Source: Alphaproteobacteria bacterium (GTDB lineage: Bacteria > Pseudomonadota > Alphaproteobacteria > SP197). From it: 64,000 nucleotides of DNA. Each line of letters begins with the position of its first letter. Position 1 is the stretch's first letter. Location: positions 608,001 to 672,000 of the forward strand of contig OZ245842.1 in the NCBI GenBank assembly GCA_965228895.1. The letters are read 5' to 3'. The translations under genes were made by a program, and so were the position numbers. Positions 56,576 to 64,000 of this stretch are shown here, piece by piece. The notes beneath the pieces are model-generated. The model did not search any database and was not told the DNA's origin. It saw only the letters and a list, made by a program, of their open reading frames with translations.

Positions 56576-57325
56576 ATGCGAATTCGCGTACTGGTTCCCG
56601 TCCTCTATTCCGACGCATTGGTGAAGAAAGCGGCCGATGAATACCGCGCTGCCGCGGCGCCGGGAACGGAGATATCGGTGGCCGCGCTGGCGAATGGGAC
56701 GCGTACCATCGAGGCCGATTTCGACATTAGTCTTGCCGAGCCGGACACCATGCGTTTGACCGAGGTCGCCGAAAGAGACGGCATCGACGCGTGCACCGTC
56801 GCCTGTTTCAGCGACCCCGGCGTTGCCGGTGCGCGTGAGCTGGTGAGTATCCCGGTTATCGGAGAAGGTCAGGCGTCACTGACCCTCGCAAGTCTGCTCG
56901 GCACGCGCATCTGCGTGGTGACGACCTGGAATCAGTGTGTGCCGCGCATCAAGCGGCTGGTCGGCCAGCACGGCTTTGCCGAGAAGGTCGCCGCGATAAG
57001 GGCGGTCAATCTCGGTGTCATGGAACTCGACGAAACGTCGGTGCCCAGGATTGTCGCCATGACGGCCGATGCCGTGCGCACCGATGGCGCCGATGTCGTC
57101 GTCATGGGTTGCACGGGTACGGGCCTGGACATGGCCGGCGCCGTCGAATGTGGACTCGAAGAAGCGGTTGGTGCCCGCGTTCCGGTAATCGATCCGGTCA
57201 AGGCCGCGATCAAACTCGCCGAAACCTGTGTCGCGACGGACATGCGCCATAGCAAGACTGCCTGGCCGACGCCACCCCATGACCGACAAGAGTATCGTCA
57301 TCTCACGGCCGAGGCGGCCGCTTAG
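56576..57325 (+). CDS. Hydantoin racemase-like (second copy)
   Basis: CFSDPG, MGCTG, PVIDP; colinear with 53253-53990. Confidence 0.88.
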   Translation: MRIRVLVPVLYSDALVKKAADEYRAAAAPGTEISVAALANGTRTIEADFDISLAEPDTMRLTEVAERDGIDACTVACFSDPGVAGARELVSIPVIGEGQASLTLASLLGTRICVVTTWNQCVPRIKRLVGQHGFAEKVAAIRAVNLGVMELDETSVPRIVAMTADAVRTDGADVVVMGCTGTGLDMAGAVECGLEEAVGARVPVIDPVKAAIKLAETCVATDMRHSKTAWPTPPHDRQEYRHLTAEAAA

Positions 57326-57328
57326 GTC

Positions 57329-58453
57329 ATGCCGGCAGGCCGACTGTCATCGCGTGAGGATATCGAGGACTTCACCCGGGGCACCGACTTTCTGTCCGCT
57401 TCGGGCGGTGGGCCGACAACGGAAGCGCGCGGGTTTCTGGGTGAGCTGCTGGAGCAGGGAACATCGATTGCCTGGTGCGACATCGACGCCATCGACGATG
57501 ACGCGCGGGTGTGTTGCACGTTCTTTTCTGGGTCGGTGGCACCAAGCCGCTATGACCGAAGCGGACCGGAACGCGAGTTCGGCATCACCACGACGGATCC
57601 CCATCCGACGGTCTTGGCGGTCTTGGAACTGGAACGCCAACTTGGTCATGAGTTTGATGTCATCGTGCCGATCGAAATTGGCGGCAACAACACAGGCCAC
57701 GCCCTGGCGACCGCTGCGGCACTCGGCAAAACGGTGCCTGATGGCGACTTCGCCGGACGTGCGATTCCAGAAGCGACCTGCATCACCCCGCACATAGCCG
57801 GCCTCGCCATGACGCCGCTGGCGTGCGCGAACTACTACGGCAACCGCGTCTTTCTTCGTTCGTCCCAGAACAACGAAATGGCGGAACGCGTGACCAAGCA
57901 GCTGGCGGTCGCGTCATTCGGCTGTGTCGGTTGCGCCGCGTTTCCCATGTCAGGCAAGGACGCGAAGAAACTGGCGGTGCCCGGCACGTTGACACGGTCA
58001 CTGCTGATCGGCCAGGCCATCCGCGAGGCGCAAACGGCCGGGCGCGATCCGCTGGACGAAGTCGCATCGCGGGTCGACGGTGTCCACGTGTTGTTTCGCG
58101 GCCAGATCGTCAAACGATGGTGGGAAAGCCGAGACGGCTACATGTGGGGCGAGCATGTGTTGGCTGGTCTCGACGCCAGCGAAGGCCACGAACTGAAGCT
58201 GTGGTTCAAGAACGAAAACCATGTCTCCTGGCTCGACGGTGAGCCTTGGGTCAGCGGACCGGACGTTCTCGAACTGGTCGATCTCGGCAGCGGCGAGCCC
58301 GTCGTCAACAGCTTTGCCGAGGAAGGCCAGAAGGTCGGCGTCATGGGTGTTCGGCGCTGTGCCCAATTTGGTGGTGAGGCGGGCATCGCAGCGCTCGGCC
58401 CGCGCCATTGGGGTTTCGACTGGGACTACCGGCCGATCGAGGACCTAATCTGA
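57329..58453 (+). CDS. DUF917 family protein (fourth, divergent paralogue)
   Basis: SASGGG, EIGGNN, DGDFAGRAIPE, FKNEN, PD, LGPRHWG. Confidence 0.85.
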   Translation: MPAGRLSSREDIEDFTRGTDFLSASGGGPTTEARGFLGELLEQGTSIAWCDIDAIDDDARVCCTFFSGSVAPSRYDRSGPEREFGITTTDPHPTVLAVLELERQLGHEFDVIVPIEIGGNNTGHALATAAALGKTVPDGDFAGRAIPEATCITPHIAGLAMTPLACANYYGNRVFLRSSQNNEMAERVTKQLAVASFGCVGCAAFPMSGKDAKKLAVPGTLTRSLLIGQAIREAQTAGRDPLDEVASRVDGVHVLFRGQIVKRWWESRDGYMWGEHVLAGLDASEGHELKLWFKNENHVSWLDGEPWVSGPDVLELVDLGSGEPVVNSFAEEGQKVGVMGVRRCAQFGGEAGIAALGPRHWGFDWDYRPIEDLI

Positions 58454-59365
58454 CGCGCTCAAGAAGCGCGACAACGTGTCGTAGTAGGCATCGGGTTCCT
58501 CGAAAAAGGGGATGTGACCGCTCTCCTCGAAGACGGTTAGTTGTGCGTGCGGCAATGCATCGGCGATTAGACCCGCTTCGTGCGGCGTGCACCAGCCGTG
58601 CCGTCCGACCATAACGCAAGCCGGTACGTCGAGGGCCGCGAGCCGGTCTAGACATGACCAGCCGGCGATGACGCCGGTGAAGCGGAACTCGTTGGGTCCC
58701 TGCAGGTGGTCATAGAGCGGTTTGTTGAGCGACTCTACGGAGTGGCGGAACGGCTCCGGCCACGGGTCAAGCCGGCAAACATGGCGCGCGAAGATTTCCA
58801 TCATCGCGGCGTCGTAGTCCGGGTGGTCCGTCGTGCCGTCGGCTTCGCGGCGCTTCATCATCGCGACCGTCTCCGGCGCGAGCGCACCACGGAGGCGTTC
58901 CGCCTCATCCAGATGCACATTGATGTCACCGATGGCCGTCAGGACGATCAAGCTCTTGAGGTTCACTCGCCGAACAAACGCTGCTTCGATGGCCAGCATG
59001 GCGCCCCAGTCCTGGCCCAAAAGATGTATGTCGCCGAGTTCGAGCGCGGTGCGCACCGCGTCGATCTCATCGGCATAACGTTCGAGCGTCCAAAGCGACG
59101 GATCTGCTGGGTTGTCGGATTGACCGCATCCCAACTGGTCCCAGGACACGACCCTTCGGCCCCGGTCCGCGATCGGGCGGTGGCCTTCGAACAGGGCCTC
59201 GCACGACCACCCGGGACCGCCGGAGACCAGCATCAGCACCGGTCCGGATCCGCCGGTGTCGTAAACCGCGACCTTACCGCCGGGCACGTGCACGAAGCCT
59301 GATGGCGTCACGCTTCCAATCCTCACCCCATCCTGTGGCCCTTGGGGTGGAAGGATTGGCATCAA
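58445..59365 (-). CDS. Alpha/beta hydrolase, proline iminopeptidase/L-amino acid amidase scaffold with atypical catalytic residues
   Basis: GGPG, WDQLGCG.SD.P.D..LWT, H.CR..PWP, GP.EF..TG, F..SGH.PF.EEP; start uncertain. Confidence 0.85.
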   Translation of the reverse strand: MMPILPPQGPQDGVRIGSVTPSGFVHVPGGKVAVYDTGGSGPVLMLVSGGPGWSCEALFEGHRPIADRGRRVVSWDQLGCGQSDNPADPSLWTLERYADEIDAVRTALELGDIHLLGQDWGAMLAIEAAFVRRVNLKSLIVLTAIGDINVHLDEAERLRGALAPETVAMMKRREADGTTDHPDYDAAMMEIFARHVCRLDPWPEPFRHSVESLNKPLYDHLQGPNEFRFTGVIAGWSCLDRLAALDVPACVMVGRHGWCTPHEAGLIADALPHAQLTVFEESGHIPFFEEPDAYYDTLSRFLSASD

Positions 59366-59541
59366 TTCTCGTGAACGTCCATGGTGTCGGCCGCAACGAG
59401 AGTCGCATCAACTGCCGGCTGGCGCTTCCGCCGGCTTGACTCGGGAACCAGACACGAAAGAGATTGGGCCATGGTGACTAGAACGAACCGATGGGACACA
59501 CGGCGCGACGGCGCCGCTGTGATCCCGAATTGTGTGCTGAG

Positions 59542-60846
59542 ATGACGGTAAGCGCTCGATCCCAGGACTTGATCGACCGGCGGCGGCGTCTGCTCGGCCC
59601 GAACGTCTCGACGTTTTATGAGGAGCCGGTCCATCTGGTGAAAGGTGAAGGCGTCTGGGTGTGGGATGCCGACGGCCGCAAGTATCTGGATTGCTACAAC
59701 AACGTGCCCCATGTCGGACACTGTCATCCCCGCGTTGTCGAGGCCATCTGCCGTCAGGCGGGGACGCTGAACACGCATACGCGCTACCTGCACGAAACGA
59801 TCCTGGACTATGTCGAGCGGCTGACGGCGACCTTCGACGATCCGTTCTCGACCATGATCATGACCTGCACGGGATCGGAAGCGAACGACATCGCGCTTCG
59901 CATGGGCGAGGCGGTAACCGGCAAACGGGGTGTCATCGCGACCGATCACACCTATCACGGCAACACCGCGACGGTGGCGCAGTTAAGCCGCACCAACCCG
60001 CCCAAGACCGGGGATGGTTCGCATATCCGCCATGTGCCGGCGCCGGACAGCTACCGGCCTTTGGGCGGTGAAGCAGGCGCGGCCCATGCTCACGCTTTTG
60101 CGGCCGCCGTCGAGGCCGCCATTCAGGAGCTCGAAGCGTCAGGGCACGGTTTCTCGTCCCTGATCATCTGCCCGTTCTTCGCCAACGAGGGGTTCCCGAC
60201 CTTGATCGACGGATTCCTGGCCGAGACCGAAGCGATCGTGCGCAAGGCCGGCGGGGTCATCATCGCCGACGAGGTCCAGCCGGGTTTCGGTCGCATCGGG
60301 ACCCACATGTGGGGCCATCACAAGATCGGCCTGACACCCGATATCGTGACGCTCGGCAAACCCATGGCGAACGGCCATCCGGTCGCGGGCGTCGTGACAA
60401 CGCCGGAGATCATGGCCGCGTTCCGCACGTCGTTTCGCTACTTCAACACCTTTGGCGGCAACCCGGTGTGCGCCGCCGCGGCGCTTGCCACGCTGGAGGT
60501 GGTCCAGGACGAAGGGTTGATGGAAAACGCGCGTGTCGTCGGCGACTACGCGCGCGACGGTCTGGGCACTCTCGCCGACCGTCACGGTGTTATCGGCGAC
60601 ATCAGAGGGTCCGGCCTCTTTTTCGGCGCGGAACTGGTGCTCGATCGTGCGACCAAGGAACCGGCGACGGCTTACGCGGCGAAGATCGCCAACGCGATGA
60701 GGGATCGCGGTGTTCTGCTCAATGTCTTGGGTATCCATTACAATACGCTAAAGATTCGCCCGCCGCTGCCGTTCTCCCAGGAGAACGCCGATGTTCTGTT
60801 GGAAGCACTCGACGACGCCTTGACGAACGTCCCCGTGAGCTCATGA
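59542..60846 (+). CDS. Class III PLP aminotransferase family (AGXT2L/phospho-lyase-like)
   Basis: [49 protein letters not shown]. Confidence 0.92.
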   Translation: MTVSARSQDLIDRRRRLLGPNVSTFYEEPVHLVKGEGVWVWDADGRKYLDCYNNVPHVGHCHPRVVEAICRQAGTLNTHTRYLHETILDYVERLTATFDDPFSTMIMTCTGSEANDIALRMGEAVTGKRGVIATDHTYHGNTATVAQLSRTNPPKTGDGSHIRHVPAPDSYRPLGGEAGAAHAHAFAAAVEAAIQELEASGHGFSSLIICPFFANEGFPTLIDGFLAETEAIVRKAGGVIIADEVQPGFGRIGTHMWGHHKIGLTPDIVTLGKPMANGHPVAGVVTTPEIMAAFRTSFRYFNTFGGNPVCAAAALATLEVVQDEGLMENARVVGDYARDGLGTLADRHGVIGDIRGSGLFFGAELVLDRATKEPATAYAAKIANAMRDRGVLLNVLGIHYNTLKIRPPLPFSQENADVLLEALDDALTNVPVSS

Positions 60847-61790
60847 CGAGCGACCTTGTTCGTGCGGCGGCGTCGCGCTGGCGGCTCTCCTCAGACACCC
60901 TCGACCTGGTCGCGGAGCGTGAGAACAAGATCTACAGCGCGCTCGACACGAACGGGCAGAGGTTCGCGCTTCGCCTGCATCGCGACGGCTACGTTACGGA
61001 GCAGGAGATCCTCTCCGAACTCGCCTGGGTCGATGTGCTGAGTGCCGATGGCGTTGCGGTTCCGTCGCCTCTCGCATCGGCAAGCGGCCGGTTCGTTGAG
61101 AGCATCGAAGGGCGGCTGTTTAGCGCGCTCTCGTGGATGCCGGGCAGGCCCATGGGCGAGGGTGGTGCGCCGCTGGAGCTCGATAATCGCCAGGACGTGT
61201 TTCGAAACATCGGCGTCGCGCTGGCGCAGATGCATACGAGCTCCGATAGCTGGTCACCCCCGGCATCGTTCGAAAGACGGTCATGGGATCTTGATGGGCT
61301 GTTGGGCGAGGCACCGGTGTGGGGCAGGTTCTGGGAGAATCCCTATTTGAACGACGACGACCTTACGGTGATCACGCAGGCGCGTGCCGCGACCCGTGCG
61401 ATCCTCGAGGCGGTCGGTCCGTCGCTCGACTATGGTTTGATCCACGCGGATGCCCTGCGCGAGAACGTCCTGGTTGATGGGAACGACGTCATCCTCATCG
61501 ACTTTGATGACAGCGGATATGGGTTCCGTCTGTTCGAGATCGCGACGACACTGCTGCGCAACAACGACGAGCCCGATATCGCCGACCTCGAGCGCGCACT
61601 GTTGGCGGGTTATCGAAGCGTACGGCCGCTCGACACGACCTACCTGCCGCTCTTCATGGTGCTGCGCGCCTTCACCTATCTGGGATGGATCGTGCCCCGT
61701 ATCGACGAGCCGGAAGGGCATGAACGGTGCGAACTGTTCGTGCGTGAGGCCGTGGGTTTCAGCCGTCAGTTTCTCGAGACGCACAGGTAG
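60843..61790 (+). CDS. APH/choline-kinase-family phosphotransferase (type II homoserine kinase-like)
   Basis: REN, ALRLHR, LIHAD...EN, LIDFDD; ATGA overlap. Confidence 0.88.
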   Translation: MTSDLVRAAASRWRLSSDTLDLVAERENKIYSALDTNGQRFALRLHRDGYVTEQEILSELAWVDVLSADGVAVPSPLASASGRFVESIEGRLFSALSWMPGRPMGEGGAPLELDNRQDVFRNIGVALAQMHTSSDSWSPPASFERRSWDLDGLLGEAPVWGRFWENPYLNDDDLTVITQARAATRAILEAVGPSLDYGLIHADALRENVLVDGNDVILIDFDDSGYGFRLFEIATTLLRNNDEPDIADLERALLAGYRSVRPLDTTYLPLFMVLRAFTYLGWIVPRIDEPEGHERCELFVREAVGFSRQFLETHR

Positions 61791-61809
61791 TCGTCAGAGA
61801 ACGAGGGGT

Positions 61810-62253
61810 TCACGCGGATTGAAGGTTGGACAACCTTCGCAAGACGTTCGCGAGAACCTTCGACTCCTCGGCCGTCAGGTCGGCCGTCAGTCTGTCGTTG
61901 TAGGCGCTGGCTTGTGACTTCAGGTCTTCGAACGCTTCCCGGCCGATCTCCGTCAGTTCCAGATTCTCGCGCCGGCGATCCTCGGTATCGGTCTTACGGA
62001 CCAGGAAGCGGCGTTCGGCCAGTTTCTGAACGGCGCGGCTGACCTTGGTTTTGTGGGTCTTGGCGCGCAACGAAATCTCGTTCGCGGTCATCACGCCGTA
62101 GCGCCCTAGATGAAACAGAACCCGCCACTCGGTGCGCGTCATGCCGTAGCGTGATTTGTAGGTTTCCCTAAACGCCAGACTGCATTCCTCGGCCGCCTGG
62201 TTCAGCAGATAGGGGAGAAAGTTGATCAAATCGAAATCGCTTTTCTTCGCCAT
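61810..62253 (-). CDS. MarR family regulator divergent from hmgA
   Basis: FLPYLLNQAAE, EWRVL.HL, KVSRAV, DRR...L.LT..G. Confidence 0.9.
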   Translation of the reverse strand: MAKKSDFDLINFLPYLLNQAAEECSLAFRETYKSRYGMTRTEWRVLFHLGRYGVMTANEISLRAKTHKTKVSRAVQKLAERRFLVRKTDTEDRRRENLELTEIGREAFEDLKSQASAYNDRLTADLTAEESKVLANVLRRLSNLQSA

Positions 62254-62274
62254 GAGGTCACAATAACGCTTGTT

Positions 62275-62298
62275 AGTTACAGATGCAACTGTTACAGA
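62275..62298. promoter_or_regulatory. Candidate MarR operator
   Basis: Near-palindrome AGTTAC-AGAT-GCAACT plus direct repeat GTTACAGA in the 71-bp divergent spacer. Confidence 0.5.
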
Positions 62299-62324
62299 AG
62301 ATACCAGTTGAATGAGGACGTGCG

Positions 62325-63692
62325 ATGAACGACCAAAGCTCTGTCCAAACGACCCATACGGACTCCGCGACGGATCGCGGGTCCGAAGGCTACATGCCGG
62401 GGTTCGGCAATGACTTCGAGACCGAGGCGTTGCCCGGCGCCTTGCCGAAAGGCATGAACAGCCCACAGAAATGTCCCTACGGCCTTTATGCCGAACAGTT
62501 ATCGGGCACGCCCTTTACCGCGCCACGCGGCCAGAACGAGCGGGTGTGGTGCTACCGCATTCGGCCGTCGGTCAAACACACCGGTCGTTTCACCAGGATC
62601 GACCTGCCCCGTTGGAAGAGCGCGCCCTGCGTTGACCCCGACGTCATCAGTCTCGGCCAATACCGTTGGGATCCTGTGCCGCACACGCGCGAGACGCTGA
62701 CCTTCATCAGCGGCATGCGCACGATGACGACAGCGGGCGATGTCAACGCGCAGGTCGGCATGGCCGCGCACATCTACCTGGCGACCGCGTCGATGGAGGA
62801 CGAATACTTCTATTCGGCCGACAGCGAATTGCTCGTCGTGCCGCAGGAAGGACGTCTGAGGTTCTGCACCGAACTTGGCATCGTCGACCTGGAACCCAAG
62901 GAAGTCGCCATCCTGCCGCGCGGCATGGTGTTCCGTGTCGAACTGATCGACGGGCCGGCGCGCGGTTTCGTCTGCGAGAACTACGGTCAGAAGTTCGACC
63001 TGCCGTCACGCGGACCGATCGGCGCCAACGGTCTGGCCAACCCTCGGGATTTCAAGACACCGGTCGCCGCCTTCGAGGACCGCGAGGCCAAATCGCGCCT
63101 GATCGTCAAGTGGTGTGGTCAGTTCCACGAAACATCGATCGATCACTCGCCGCTGGATGTTGTCGCCTGGCACGGCAACTACGCCGTCTGCAAGTATGAC
63201 CTCAGCACCTTCAGCCCCGTCGGCTCGATTCTGTTCGATCATCCCGACCCGTCGATCTTCACGGTGCTGACAGCGCCGTCAGGCGTCGAGGGCACGGCGA
63301 ATATCGACTTTGTGCTGTTCCGCGAACGCTGGATGGTCGCCGAGGATACGTTCCGTCCGCCGTGGTATCACAAGAACATCATGTCCGAGCTGATGGGCAA
63401 CATCTACGGTATCTATGACGCTAAACCTCACGGGTTCGTCCCCGGCGGCATGTCGCTGCACAACATGATGCTGCCCCACGGGCCCGACGAGGCGGCCTTC
63501 GAAGGCGCGTCGCGCGCTGAGCTGAAACCCGAGAAGTACGAGGACACCATGTCTTTCATGCTCGAGACCCGGTTTCCCCAGCACGTGACGGCCTTCGCGG
63601 CCAAGGAAGCGCCGCTGCAGAGCAACTATCCCGACTGCTGGACGGGGCTGAAGAAACGTTTCGACGGGTCGCGGGAAGGCGACTGGTCATAA
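62325..63692 (+). CDS. hmgA: Homogentisate 1,2-dioxygenase
   Basis: [56 protein letters not shown]. Confidence 0.97.
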   Translation: MNDQSSVQTTHTDSATDRGSEGYMPGFGNDFETEALPGALPKGMNSPQKCPYGLYAEQLSGTPFTAPRGQNERVWCYRIRPSVKHTGRFTRIDLPRWKSAPCVDPDVISLGQYRWDPVPHTRETLTFISGMRTMTTAGDVNAQVGMAAHIYLATASMEDEYFYSADSELLVVPQEGRLRFCTELGIVDLEPKEVAILPRGMVFRVELIDGPARGFVCENYGQKFDLPSRGPIGANGLANPRDFKTPVAAFEDREAKSRLIVKWCGQFHETSIDHSPLDVVAWHGNYAVCKYDLSTFSPVGSILFDHPDPSIFTVLTAPSGVEGTANIDFVLFRERWMVAEDTFRPPWYHKNIMSELMGNIYGIYDAKPHGFVPGGMSLHNMMLPHGPDEAAFEGASRAELKPEKYEDTMSFMLETRFPQHVTAFAAKEAPLQSNYPDCWTGLKKRFDGSREGDWS

Positions 63693-63702
63693 GGGAGAAC
63701 GT

Positions 63703-64000
63703 ATGGGCCTGGTGACATCGTGGGTCGCGTCCGCCAACGAAACTGATAGCGACTTTCCGCTCAACAATCTGCCCTTCGGCGTCTTCTCCGACGGCAGGCC
63801 GGCGCGCTGCTGCACGGCGATCGGAGATCAGGCGCTCGATCTGGCGGCGCTCGAAACCGCCGGCCTCATGCCGGTCATGGGGTTCGATGAGGATGGTCTT
63901 AACACGTTCATGGCCAAAGGCAGCGACGCGTGGGATCAGGTCCGCGAGACCCTGACCGCACTGCTCGCCGAAGGTTCTGGCGATCAGGACAAGGTCGCCC
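63703..64000 (+). CDS. fahA: Fumarylacetoacetase, N-terminal part, truncated by window end
   Basis: MGLVTSWVASAN...DFPLNNLPFGVFS...AIGDQ.LDL...LN.FM; follows hmgA; not in the supplied ORF track. Confidence 0.9.
   Translation, partial: MGLVTSWVASANETDSDFPLNNLPFGVFSDGRPARCCTAIGDQALDLAALETAGLMPVMGFDEDGLNTFMAKGSDAWDQVRETLTALLAEGSGDQDKVA

Overview
A GC-rich, gene-dense bacterial window, probably alphaproteobacterial (inferred from gene content and a CTAGAGC...GCTCTAG intergenic repeat). It is almost entirely accessory catabolism. No rRNA, tRNA, CRISPR or transposase was seen. Blocks: (1) 0.6-24.8 kb, two cyclic-amide/N-heterocycle catabolic operons, each with an ATP-dependent hydantoinase/oxoprolinase pair; one adds CoA chemistry (ACAD, crotonase, CoA-transferase, Cys-less thiolase plus DUF35, BKACE) and the other a xanthine-dehydrogenase-family Mo enzyme. 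(2) 24.8-26 kb, an FNR-box DUF2249/DUF2478 pair. (3) 26-34 kb, a type I secretion system with an RTX-tailed animal-type heme peroxidase and a double-LCCL protein. (4) 34-45 kb, a sugar/polyol locus (SDR, BtpA/SgcQ, FGGY kinase, ABC importer) beside a fused alpha-beta B12-dependent diol dehydratase with an altered substrate pocket, and no reactivase or microcompartment genes. (5) 45-58.5 kb, a LacI-controlled locus with four DUF917 paralogues, one stand-alone hydantoinase-A subunit, two hydantoin racemases and a polyamine-type ABC importer. (6) 58.5-64 kb, an iminopeptidase-like hydrolase with an Asp nucleophile, a kinase/class-III aminotransferase pair, and MarR-hmgA-fahA. The best candidates for undescribed systems are blocks 4 and 5. 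All family calls are motif recognition from memory; no searches were run.
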